NCBI GenBank assembly: GCA_030265395.1 | Contig: JARFYF010000063.1 | Span: 107,360,996-107,424,995, forward strand | Reading direction: 5' to 3' | Length of the DNA: 64,000 nt | Source of the DNA: Rhina ancylostomus | Lineage: Eukaryota | Part shown: positions 13,051 to 25,728 of the stretch, piece after piece | How positions within the stretch are numbered: position 1 is the first letter of the stretch | Layout: each line of letters starts with the position of its first letter | The notes under the pieces: model-generated | Databases searched by the model: none | Seen by the model: only the letters and a program-made list of their open reading frames with translations | Told to the model about the DNA's origin: nothing | Program-made: the position numbers and the translations under genes

Positions 13051-16000
13051 AAATTTGCCTTCATTAATTCACAACAAGTTGTTCACCCCAATTGGCCCTG
13101 ATTCTGGGCCTCATAAATGAGCGAGGTGGGAATTGAGCTGTGAATTATAAAGAGGTGATCACTTGATTGGAGTAAACAGCTTAGCCTTTAAAAAGGACTG
13201 CAAGTGTTTCAGCATATTATAGTCTTTCCAAAGATAGTCTCTACTCAATAAACATGATGGCAGAGACAAATGTGGTGGGACGAAATAGAATCTAGGGCAA
13301 GTGCTAGCTTCTCTCCCTCCTGTTCAACGAACTGGTGTTGTGGAGATTCTGATAATGATGCAGGGATGAGGATGTGCTGCCTCTAGAGGACAGTAGTGTA
13401 ATGTCACTAGTAAAAAAATAGATGTAGTAAAATACTAAGCTGCTCTTAACGTCAATGGCAGTGCAATTCCTGTTGTGGGGTTTGAATTAGGTCCCCTTGC
13501 AATAGTGGGACAACTTTTTGCAATTATTCTTGCATTGTTATCAAGCTAGTTTTTCAATCCTGACTGAGTGGGTGCTCAGATGTGGCTTTGAAAAAATGGC
13601 TACTGCTAGCAGTTTGCCTCTGGTATCTTCCTATCTGTCTGAAAATCTACCTCTCCAACCAAGCAATAATGTTTTAGGGACACAACCGAACTATCATCGG
13701 TGTTACTTCTACTTGCCACTTTCCATTGAATTGTATGGTTTATATTTCCCCATTAAAGTTGGTATTGAAAGGGTTCTTTTTCACATCTCTTTCATCATTT
13801 CATGTTTTAATAAATCCCTTATTACTTCATTTACTGAAGCTGTAAGTGGATCTAAAGGACATTTTTTCCAATGGGCTTAAATATAAATTTATATGGTATA
13901 TACAATTAGTTTATGTAAGTCATATCTTATTAACAAAAGCTTTATAAAACCTTTTTTCTACCAACATAAACCAAACAATTATGAATTATGAATGGCTGAT
14001 TTTGGGACTCAGTAAATTTTGGAATCTCTGAAATCTCTGCTATATTTTTAAACACGTAACAATGGATCAGAAATTGCAGTCCCTAAATCAATTATTTTAA
14101 ACGAGAATTGACCCATTCACAATAAGCAGATTAATGTGTCAATTTAAACAACTGACAGACAATAATAATACTGAATGGTTTGGAATTATCCATTATCCCT
14201 AGACATAATTTCCAGGCCTACCCTGTTAAAATAGAAGAGAGGTTTGTGCTTTGAACAATCTCTTCAGATTTTGCCTCAACGTTTTGGATCTTGATGAAGC
14301 CAAAGATTTGAAAATGGTACTAACTCTTTGAGGTCAGGATTCTAGATGCTCACAGATGTGCGTAGTTACAGTCAAAATACTGCAGCATAGCTGACTTATT
14401 ATCATAGCTGCTAGTGACACAATCTATTTAGTGTGCAAATTAGTATTTTGGGCATCACATTTCCAGCTACCTCCTGCCCTCTTCTTAATACAATGTATGG
14501 ACCTTCTCCTGTACCAGAAATAATCAAGAATTCTTCAACCACTTTTGCTGGTGTAATATTCTTGTGTTTAAGATTATACATAAATCATTATAAGCACGTT
14601 GTTTACAACAGATTGTTCCTGTTATTACCCTTAATGAATCTATCAGAGCTTGAATATTAATCCAAATTGTCAAAGTTGGCCACAGATTGTTATAAAGCAA
14701 ATTATAAATAATTTTTTGAAGATATATTTATATAATTTATTGTTTTAAATATTGATTTAATGTAACAAAACATACTGATGTGGATAGTGCATTATTTCAA
14801 ATTTGCAGTCGAATAATTGAATGATTAGTTTCATAAATTCTGAATCTCCAGCTGATTAAAGAGACAAATCAAACTATGGAAATTAAATATAAATGACAGC
14901 TAAAACCAAGCCTCAGAATTCTCAATGGAGTTAATATACCTTTAGATGCAATATTAGCTGGGAAATTGTGAAATTAATCTTATATTTGCATCAAACACCT
15001 GGGCATCTTTTTTTTCCATTGTAATTGAAGATTTCTGTTAAAATAGTGGACAGTGGATTTCTGAAACTTCAAGAGTTTATCCAATTATCTAACACTGTAC
15101 AGTTTCCAGTCTGTACTTTAAGATGTTGATTTGAAAATGTTGATTTCCAGCAACTTTCTGATTACCTTTGAACAGAGATTTATTCCAGATCAGCTTTCAG
15201 TAACAACAACTTACATGCAGATAGTGCCTTTAATGCAATAAAACGTTCAAAAGCACTTTACAGAATTGGAAAATAACCAGACACCAAGAAATGGGGTCAA
15301 AGGAACAAAGGGAAGTGACTGAACATTTAGATGAAGAGTGGTTCTCTCTTTGATATAGGCTGTGTTCTTATTTAGAGCCCCTGTGTTTCCTCTGGCTTGT
15401 ACTTAACAAACTTTGAGTGCAAACTAATATTGCATTTGCATTCACAGCTTCAGAATGGAGCTATATGTCAAGTAAGAATCAAAACCTGCATTGACTTCCA
15501 GGTATAGTAGGGTAAAAGTACTGCCTGAAAGGAGTTTTTCCCATCTTCACTTGGGTTGGGCTCTGACTCCCCAATCACGCTGCATTATATTGTGTGAAAC
15601 TTAACCATTTTACATCAATCCTACAGTTGCAATGTGAATAAATCTTAAATCCACAGGCAATATTCAGCACTAAAGTAAAGCAGCTGTGGTCAGATAGATA
15701 AGCCTACTGTACTTAGTGAGGACTGACATTTTGTCTCCTCACTCCCAGGGTATTCCCAGCATATCATGAGCTGGAGTCATCAGAAAAATGTTTGAATGAC
15801 CTGATCTCACCTTATGGTGCTAGTATAGCTCATATGGGTGCAGACAATGGGCAGCACTTAAGCAGTGTTTCTGGCAGTTTCAACCATGTTATTGATCACA
15901 CGGGATGAAACACTGCATTTTTAGCTCAGTTTGGGAATTGATACTTAGTTTGAAAGTAGTTGGTTGAGTTCTACAATTAGAACAACTATGTTTAAGAACT

Positions 16001-17699
16001 GAGACTTATTCCTATTTGAAAATAATGAATGCAAAAGTTAACAAAGAAAATTCAGATGAATTAAACCAATAGAGGACCCTCGTGAACTCTGTGTCGGTTA
16101 AAGGACACTGAAATAACTCCTGCTTTTGTTGTGCATGTGGGATTTTATTTCACAATTTTCATTCTACAAGCATTCTCTGAGTGCCTGGTGACCTTCCGAG
16201 CTCACTCCCCATCACACACTGACACATCTAGCCTAAATTTGCGTCTTGCATCACCTCAGGAAACTCATGGCTAATTTCATTAATTCTGAGAAAAAATGCA
16301 AATGAGGCTAGACAGCTGGTGCCTTCCTTGTGGCCAGGAGTGATGGAAGAGCCCGAGGCCCTCCTCATCAGAGGTTCTAATACCCTTCTGCTTAGGCAGG
16401 CCCCTTCGGGGATAGAGCAGGGAGGCTGCTGGAGCAGCGTGAACAGATGGAAAGAAGGTAGAAAGGGGGAAGAACACTCACTCTGGTTTGTGGGGAAGTC
16501 ATGATGTCAGTTACCTGCGAAGCTGGCTATGGTTTGCAGGATCGTTAGCTTTCAGTTTCCTGTGATTTCCAGACTTCCATTTACAGAGCTGTCAATCAAA
16601 ATTTGCATCTGTCAATATGGGGGATTCAGTACAGCTTATTGACGCACTGTGTCAATATGGTTCCAGTAGTTAACTGTGGTGTTTAGTGTTATTTTCAACC
16701 TGCACGACATATTCCCAACTTTTGTCGGGTCTACAGTAAAGGAAACAATTATATGTCAGCCTTCCAACAAAATGCTGCTCAATGTTTATATCCATCTTTC
16801 AGAATCCCCTCCTCTATATTGTTACAGTTCCATGCCAAAGAGCTGTATCACTAAAGCTGATTTTATGCAGTTATTTAATTGTTTTCCTTGAAAGTTGGTT
16901 CTAGGCTCTGTGAGTGCATCTTTATATGGAATCTGTAAGAAAATTATTTCTAACTGAGAATGTCACACCAAGAGGCAGCAGCTATTCTAACCACAAGAAA
17001 GATTGTTAGTTCAGGATAGGCAAACAAGTAAAAGATCAAAATGAACTGTGCCTATTTATTTTATTTTTCCGAGCCTAGTTGCACACTGTTTTGCTTATGT
17101 TGTGGACAGACTGGTAGTTAGGATCTTTGCCAAGCATACATACCTCGGTGTGGCACAGCAACTGAGCTCAGTTTATCACAGGAAGTTTATTACCTCATTT
17201 ATAGTACAGCCCCTAAAGAGATCACATTCAGTTCAAATCAGAATAACCCATGCTGAGTACAATCTCCCAGGGTTTATACTGTGGGCTGTCCATGTTCAGT
17301 TGATGGGATGGACAAACTGACAGTATTAAATTACTACCTTGGTGCATACACAGAAAGGACAAGAGCAGAACAGCAAATATTTTACATCAACTTAACATAA
17401 GTCTCCTGATTTACAGTTCAAGCCAACTGTAAGGTCCAGAGCTAAGAGCCTGAAGTAAATAATTGAACAAATCTGCCCTATTATTTACATTTGCTTAAAA
17501 CCTTATGAATTCACGTGTACTTGGAACTCTGTGAGTGACGCAGTGCTTGAAAAAGATATGGCTCCTTGAGAAGCTCAGAAAAATTCTTAGCTAAATGTCA
17601 GAATTTAACAGAGGTAGAAAAAAACAGCTAATGTTTGCAGTCAATCTTGAAGGAAAATCCCTCTTTACTCATTTTGCTCAAAGTTGCCCAATGATATTT

Positions 17700-18480
17700 C
17701 ATGGGTCTTCAAGTGGCAATTTTTAGTCCAAGGCAGTGTGATGCCTTCCCTAGAGGATCTGGGACTTGCATAAACACCCCAAAAACAGCTTGTCTCTTCA
17801 GTCTAGGAATTGTTACAATGCACTTAAGTTGCAGAATTAGACCGGGTGCTACGATTGTTTGACTACTTTGGATGGCATTTGCTAATGCAAAGGATATCTA
17901 TTACAAGCGTGCTGGCTTAAGGCATGAATTTTGTTGTATGCCATGAAGGAGACAGTACATACTCAGCTAACATCATTTTGGAAGAAGGTAGCTTGTGACA
18001 TTGTGCAACATTGTCATTTTGGAGTTCCATGGTCCAGAATAATGACTTCATTTAACCTTGTGCAGCTGAGCAGGTTTTAAGCTACAGGAAAGACAACTCT
18101 TCCCAGCAGTGTACCATGGCTGATATCCTTGCAAAAGTGAAGATGCTAGGCAGCGGCAGTCCATAGTGTCAGTAGCATTTCAGGTTCCGTTGAAAATAAA
18201 ACTGGGCAACAAAATTATCCATTGACAACATGGATCATAACTCCAGTTGTACAGGATGGTGATGGTCATGTTGCCACAAGATATATGACAGACTAGAGTG
18301 TCAACATATTGTGGCAGCAAAGCAGATGCCATGATTTACAGCACTTAGATATATGATGCTCAATCTCATCACCATGAGGAGACAGGTCTTGCCATTAGCT
18401 ACAGCAAGCCAATGAAAAGCAGAGCTTGAAGATAAGGTGGATAATGAGGAAGAGGAAGAAAGGCAGTTATCAGTCAGACC
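17700..18480 (+). pseudogene. Fossil PIF/Harbinger DDE transposase (HARBI1-like)
   Basis: 18202-18245 LGNK-YPLTTWIITP (GDxGYPLxxWLMTP motif, frameshifted); from 18267 HVATRYMTD*SVNILWQQSRCHD (HxxTRxxIExxxGxLKxRFRCLD); acidic GAG/GAA tail near 18445. Confidence 0.7.
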
Positions 18481-19549
18481 CTTTCAGAATGGGATGTACA
18501 TAGGGACAAATTAGAGTGACATTCCAGTAACCATTAGCTCAATGATATGGAACATCCACACTGTTCCATATCTCTGCCAATGACCATCATACCAACAACA
18601 AAAGTCACAACAAAATAAACATAATACAAGTTTTGAAATTAAGTCATGTCTATTTGACTTGTCCATTCCTACAGCAACTTCCATCAATATGCCTTCAGTA
18701 TGGTTGGCTGCCTGAAGTGTACTGGCTTTCAGTGGAGGGCTCTGCAAATATCCTTAGAGGGTGGTCTCAAGCTGCTTTGAGTATAAAAGACCTGACTGTG
18801 GATTGCACCACCTTAGCAGGGGCAGTCTGGATTGGCTGACAGGAAATATAATTGGCAATGGTAGAGTGGCAAAGTTGGGAGGATTAAAGCTGCCATCTTG
18901 AGCTTTATAGAGCCAGTGCCTCAGCAAATCCAGTGGTGTATAGGAGGATGAGTTGTTGGACTGCTTTGACACTAACTGGTAGGCATGGTTTTGTAGCATT
19001 AGTATGAGTTTCCACTATATTTGTACTGCAATGAAAGCTGAGATAATATCCATAAGATGCTGCATTATGTATCGGTCTATCGTGTTGATGTGTTGATTGA
19101 GTTGGCCACCCCTTTGGTGCTATAAGGGCAAAGAGCAAAGCCATGTGCCAATTAAATACAGGAGTCCCCAGTGACCCTAACATTGAACCTAAACATTCTG
19201 GCAGGCTTTGTAACACATCGAGCAATTTGTCATGTTTACACATCAGTCTTCTATACTTTTGGCCCATCAAGTTCAATGCAACTAAAATTTTGTGATCTTT
19301 GCCCTCTGATCATTTGACACTTGTGCTATCCATCCCCTCTGCCATAGCATCAGTCACCCCATCTCACCAAATGCACATCTCAATATTAATCTAACCTCCA
19401 AGATGATCTTAGCTTGAGGTTGCTGGTGAGAAATGAGTCTGTCCTCCGTTGACTGAGCAGGTGGTACTTTTTGGGTTGTGATAAACGAAAAGTGCCAGAG
19501 TAGGTTACACTGGGGGAGTCTGGTGGGGATGAGGGAAGGTTCTGCTTTC

Positions 19550-20230
19550 ATCTTCTGCAGCTTGTGGGTCAGAAGAGAGCATGGCTTGAGATGGAGGTAG
19601 GATGTATGAGAATGCTGTCATCATTTGGTTCAGCTCTGAAACTGAATGTGGTCTCAGCAGTGATGAATGGGACTGCCCCTTAACAGAGGTGAGGATATGC
19701 AGGTGTGCCCACCATTCTCTGGTCATCCCCAGTTGTCTCCATCATTGTTCTACTTTGTCCAGCAAGAAGGAGAGAAGTGTGTCATTGAAACTTGTACACT
19801 CTACCCTGGTGATATGACCTGTCATGGTTGAATAGTTGTTGATGTGTACAATTTGTGGGGCGTGGGCATGAAGCTTGATGCAAAGTGAAATGTGGGAGTG
19901 GGGCAACATTGTGAATGTTGTATAGAAACCCTGATTACTGATGGGTGAAGGGTGTGGGGAGGTGTGTGGTGAATTGAGCAGTACTTGAGGCTGACACCCA
20001 CCAGTAGGACATGGCATTTTGAAAATGTTTTCACTGAACTTAACTTGTGCAAAGTCATTGGAATCCAGGCTTTGGGACTTGACTTTGATATTGATGGCTA
20101 ACTGATATCTTTTGGTCTCTGGAAAGCCCTCTGACCCCCTGCAGAGATACCTCTCTACTTTTCCATCTCCATTGAGGCATTTAGTGCAGCAACTAGAAAC
20201 CTTGAAGCCCAGTCTTTCTCCTGCCATGCC
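19550..20230 (-). pseudogene. Fossil Harbinger Myb/SANT (MSANTD-like) second gene, two exon remnants
   Basis: 20227-20030 resembles RAPRFSDAALE...FNDL; 19770-19670 DKVEQ*WRQLGMTREWWAHLHILT resembles KVAHNRRQ..TGGG..LHVLT; convergent with the transposase. Confidence 0.55.
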
Positions 20231-23200
20231 TTCCAGTATTGCCCAAATCAGATTCACCAACTGTACAACTCTCAGCACCTGCTCTATCTACTATCCATTA
20301 CAAACTAGCTCTCAGTACTACAGCTAGCTTGGCGTTAAGTGGTGCCAGTCACTCCCAACATTGTCCCCAGCAGATGCCTCCAGCCTGTTCTACACAGACC
20401 CCACACAGCCTGGTTTCCAACTGATGGGCAAGGATCACATTGTGGTCACCCAAACCATTTCTGCAGGATCTGAAGTAGGAAGTGCTAATTAAAACATTTA
20501 ATCCAATGTAAATTTAGCTACGAAACAATGAAATAAAGATAGGGCAAGATAAAAGGGAGAGATAATAAGAGAGAAAATAGTAGAAAAGTAGCAAAGCTGC
20601 TTCAAATGTTCAACAATATTTAAAATCAGAAGGAATGTCTCCATATTTTAAAAGGAACTTGTTATTCCTAGAGTAGTTGTTTGCAAGTGACTAAGGCTTT
20701 AAAAAAATATTTTAAAAACANNNNNNNNNNNNNNNNNNNNNNNNNNNAATTGAATATGTTCTGATGTGTTTGGTGGGTATCTGGTAGGGTAACCACTGGT
20801 GGCCTCGATTACCCTTAATCCGGTTTTACAGTTATCCACCACACCAGCTGCTCGACTCCAAAGGTTGGACCAGCCTTGTTGGGTTGGTTGTTTCACAATT
20901 TGCATTGGGCAGGGGAGGCAGGAGGTAAAGACTCGCCTGAAGACCATCCTGATAGCCTTCTGACAGCGTGTGCCATCAGAGGCCTATTCACTGCTTCCAG
21001 TCATCAGTGACAATTAAAGAAAGACTATAAAATTAACTTAAAAACATATTGAACATGTGAATTAATTAAATTATTAATATTAATTAAAGTAAGAAAAACA
21101 AAGCACTTCACTTGCTCTTTTCATGAAGATCAACAACCTATTTCAAATGAATGGGATTGCACTGGGGCTGTCAGCTCTGGTTGTAAAGTGTTCAGGAGCA
21201 AAGCTGTCCAGTCCCTCAACTCAGCATATTACAGAACATCTCTGGTTTCAATAGTGAGACCAGGAATGGAATGAGAAATCAAATGTGTGTGCCTCTGACC
21301 CCCAGTGAGTTCCACACTGCTATGCTGCAGTGAGGAGGCTTGGAATGTGCACTGGCGCATATTCTGTAGGTCCTAGCAGTGACTTCCAGAGAACTGCTAG
21401 CTGGCCAGCAGCATGATCCAACCCATTCTCTATACACCTGTAATTGCAGAGTNNNNNNNNNNTTCTAACAAGCCCTGGAGGCGCAGGGTAACTTAGACAG
21501 CAGCCTCCTATTTTACCACATTTAACTGTGCATGAGCAAATGAAGTTGCTGATTTATTTCTTAATGGTGAATGCCGATATCCATGTCATTACTCCCACCT
21601 CAAAATATGGGCCAATGATGTTCAAGGGCATCCTCAAGATAGCCATAACATTCTGTTCATCCTCACGCTAATCAGTAAAAGGTTTCACAACCCAAGATTA
21701 TTTACATGCAAACAAAATTAATCCTGCCTGTGCGAATCCATTGATTTGTCTGAATTAGTTGACTGCATTAGATAATTAAAATTCAGCCAGACCAAATTTC
21801 TACACAAATATCAAGTTGAGAATATCAGTTGCAGTAAAATATCTTTATAGTTTATTATTCTTTGTTGCTGTGTGTTGGATTTAGCAAAACAGTGAAAATT
21901 CCCATGGAGCTTTGTTGAAAATCTTCATCTTTTAAGAAATGTAATTGTACACATTTTATTTTCTTCTGTCCTGATGGTTCCAAATTATAAACCAGTACTG
22001 TGTTTTGCGAAGGAATAGACATACCAAATTTAAACCAAACCACCAAAAGAACTCCACCTGTATTAGGAACTCAGACCTTTTTCAACAGGAGTGACACTAT
22101 GCATTTTAAATCAGTCCTTTGGATATTTTAGTGTGTAGGCTTAGCTTTCAGAACAGACTGCAGCTAACAGCGCTCCCTATCCCCTCTGGGGTCAGATTGC
22201 TGTACAGCAGGGACTCTTATCTCCTCCAGCACGACCTTTTCCCCTGTGGCTTTTGAAAATCAGTTTGCTTTGAGAAATTAGATTCAATGTCATTATTGTA
22301 TACACCAAGTCATAGCCCCTTTAACAATTACTGCAGTAGCAATACAACTAAACTTTCTTTGAAAAGCCTTCAGTGCCCAAAGGATTTCCAGTTGAAATTG
22401 GCTTCCCAGCGAAAAGTTTTTTTTTATAAAGGAAGCTGCATTCTTTCATCATTTGAGGAGATATCTTTCCTATCTGGGAAGGATCATAATAGAAATTGGC
22501 AGAGCACATAAATCCACTGCTGAAATGTTCATGCAGTGGATGGATACTTCTTAAAGAAAGGATGTGCCTGACACATTTAAAGGTGCATCTGCAGATCCCT
22601 TTAAAAGTCTAGCAGATATACAGGCAGTAGCCAAACAGAAACTACCCTGACCTCATGAACAGATAGTCATCAGTTTAAGTCACAGGGTTATCTACAACTA
22701 TCATCGACTGTCTTGGTTGTGTTGGATTTCTTTCCAGTAACTCGGATGACGGTGCTGCGAGGTTGTGCAGACCATGTCAGGAGCAGGATAAAATGAAGCA
22801 GCTAATGCCAGCTTTCTCATTCGACAATAAGCGTACCTTCTACTGGGTAATTGCTGAGTTACATATTAATTTCAAATGAAACATCCACCTTGAAGTCATG
22901 TGCTCTTTTTGATGAAGTAGATTATGGGAAAGTGAAATAAAGACAGAAAATGCTGGAAATCCCCAATAAGTCGCGCAATATCTTTGGAGAGAGAAATGTA
23001 TTACATGGAAAATATCTTTATTGGGAAAACAAGAAAGAAATGGGAAAAAAATAAGGAAAATATTACTCATTTTCAGGCAGCTTCATAAGATAATTTCAAT
23101 ATGTGTACACTACATGATTAATTTTCTCCACATGCAATTTAATTCACAGGGACAAGGAATCATGGAAACAATCCTCCTCTAAGAAACTTCTTTGTTGAAA

Positions 23201-23564
23201 TTCTTTGGTTTTACTTTTTATTGAGAACAAAGCAATTTTTGGCCAAGTGACCACTCATTGTTTCCCACCATTAACATCAGCCTTCTGAAGTGTAAAAACC
23301 TACAATCCTTTTACTTGAACATGTGCTCATTTCTTATGGTGAAAATTACAAACTTCTATTTGATGAAAGTAAGGCACAAATTTTCAAGTTATACCTCAGA
23401 TAAAGGAAAGCTTATTCATACAGTTCTTCCAATGACACACTTCAAGGGGTATATTCCAGCACAATGTTTAACTTCAGAGACCAACAAATTCTTCACCATT
23501 ACCAGTGGACCAACACTGGTTTGATAAGGAATGCATGTAAGTAGCAACAAGGGTACCTAAAAAT

Positions 23565-23765
23565 GAAAACAAAATATTTGCAGATTGTGAAAACCTAAAG
23601 GTCAAAGTTGATGGAAATGCTCAGCAGGTAAGGTAGCATCTGTGGAGAGAAAAACACAGAAAATGATTCAGTTTGTTGTTCATCAACCGCAAGCCTTCAA
23701 TCTGTTTTTTTTTCCACAGATGCTGCTCAGTCTGCTGTGCATTTCCAATATGTTCTATTTTTGTA
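23565..23765. mobile_element. Inverted pair of Penelope-type terminal repeats (MITE-like palindrome)
   Basis: tggaaatgctcagcaggtaaggtagcatctgtgga (from 23612) versus tccacagatgctgctcagtctgctgtgcatttcca (to 23747). Confidence 0.75.
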
Positions 23766-23779
23766 CCTAAAATGGGGTG

Positions 23780-24905
23780 CCAACATGGTGAAGGCAACAA
23801 CACAGTTCTGCATGCAAGCTAAACAACAGAAGCAGTAAACAACTGGCAGAGCTGAGTGATTCAAAAGCAATGGATTAAATCAATGCTCCGTAGTCTAGAT
23901 ATATTCAGTTATGAATGGTGGGGGGGGGGGCAATTAAACAGCAATCAGGAGGAAGAAGCTCAATAAATATCGCCATCCTCAAGAAGTGGCAAAGACAAGT
24001 CAGAAACATTTGCAACCAGCCCCAGCCCAGAGGTGTGAAAGCGATGGTTCAACTCAGACTGCTCCTGAAAATCCCACCTTCCTAGAGGAATGTATTCAGT
24101 TAATTTGATTCATTCTGCTTAATATAAAGAAATGGGTGAGTGTATTGGATGCAACAAAGGCTGTGGTCTTCAAAACTGTCCTCTCTGCAGTGCTGAAGGC
24201 TTGGGCTCCAGAAGTAGTTTTACTCCCAGCCAAGCTGCTCCAGTATAGTTGTAACACTGACATCTACCCAACAGATGAGATACTTGGAGCTCAATCATCT
24301 TAGCTCTTGCGTATTTTGGCAGGGATCCCTACTGCCCTAAAGCCAAGCATCTTCAGTAAGTATCCTCCACCTAATGTTCAGGAGCAGGAATATCCACTGA
24401 TGACACCAAAATGTTCAGTTTTCTTTACAAACTCTTAAATAATGAAGCAGTCCAGACTGACATCCAAAAACATAAACGACATGAGCTGATAAGTGGCAAT
24501 TTAATTCTGCATCAAACACATGCCAGACAATAACACCATCTCTTGACATTCAACAGTATTATGATCATTTTACCCACTGCCATCAAAACTGTCACCATTA
24601 ACCAAAATTTGGACTAATCACAAAAACACTTGGGCTTGGAACACAATAGGTCATGTATCCTGTAGCAAGAGATTCACTTTCTGACTCCTCAAAGTTGCAG
24701 TATCTCCATGGCATGTCAGGAGTTTCAGGGAATATTTCCAAATTGGGAAGATGAGTGCAGCTCCAGTAACACGCAGGAAACTCAGAATTATCCACCTGTT
24801 TGGCTAATGCCCCATCCACCACCCTGACCAGTCATCGTCCTCACATCGTGGTTGCTGTGTATCTCGCCTGCAAAATCCTTTACCACAACTTGCCAAGATT
24901 CTTCA
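23780..24905 (+). mobile_element. CR1-clade LINE (same family as 10950-12052), decayed
   Basis: gtgctgaaggcttgggctccagaa...ccagccaagctgctccagtatagttgtaacactgacatctacccaac (VLKxCAPEL..PLAKLFQYSY..GIYP-like); 3' end resumes at about 25545. Confidence 0.75.
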
Positions 24906-24908
24906 ATG

Positions 24909-25425
24909 GAGACACAAGGGAGACTGCAGATGCTGGAGCAATGAACACAAAATGCAGGAGGATCTCAGAAGGTCAGGCAGTATCTATGGAGGGAAATGAA
25001 CAGTCGACGTTTCAGGCTGAGATCCTTCATCAGGACTGGAAAGGGAGAGGGCACAAGCCAGAATAAAAGGTTGGGCGGAGGGGGAGGAGCAGAAGCTGGC
25101 AGGTGATCGTTGAGTCCAGGTGAGATGGTGGAGTTAGGTAGGTGGGGGAGGGAGGGGTGAAAGGGAATGATGTGAGAAGCTGGGAGGTGATAGATGAAGG
25201 AGGCACGGGGCTGATGAAGGAGGAATCTGATAGGAGATGACAGTAGGCCATGGAATAAAGAGAAAGAAATGGGCAGGTCATGAGGGCAGGTGAGAGGAAG
25301 GAGAAGGGGTGAAGGGGCCACAGGAATAAGGGAAAACAAAGGGAGGAGGGGAAAACAGAGGGAAGAGATTACCGTAAGTTAGATAAACCAATGTTGATGT
25401 CATCAGGTTGGAGACTACCAAGATG
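24909..25425 (-). mobile_element. Penelope-like element 3' end nested in CR1
   Basis: Reverse complement encodes LGSLQPDDINIGLSNLR*, then a C/T-rich UTR, a hammerhead and the terminal repeat; homologous to 6950-7590. Confidence 0.88.
25001..25038 (-). ncRNA. Minimal type-I hammerhead ribozyme with intact core
   Basis: Minus strand CAGUC-CUGAUGA-AGGAUCUCAGCCU-GAAAC-GUC-GACUG: CUGAUGA and GAAA boxes, GUC cleavage triplet, 5-bp stem I, palindromic ACGU stem III. Confidence 0.82.
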
Positions 25426-25544
25426 GTCTTGAATGACCTACGATTTCTAATAGTTAATAGAACAAGAGCAGTAGGAACATGGGACTGCTATAAAACTTTG
25501 TTGCACACTAATCTGCCTAGGGAAAATATTGCTGNNNNNNNNNN

Positions 25545-25728
25545 TCATCATCACTGGATCAAAAATTCTGGAACTCCTTCGTTTCTGGCACTGAGAGAGT
25601 AACTTCACCACAAAAGATGCACCGTTTCAAGAAGGTTGCTCACCAGCATCACCTCAAGACCAATTATTGATAGGCAATAATTTCTGTTCTTGACAATAAG
25701 GTTTATATCCCATTGGAGAATTAAAAAA
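25545..25728 (+). mobile_element. CR1-clade 3' end (continuation of 23780-24905)
   Basis: catcactggatcaaaaattctggaactcc...ttcaagaaggttgctcaccagcatcacctcaag...ggcaataa. Confidence 0.7.

Noticed and set aside
19742-20278. 178-aa minus-strand ORF as a host gene
   Set aside because: Overlaps the decayed Harbinger Myb/SANT remnant, largely out of frame, and runs into intron-like sequence
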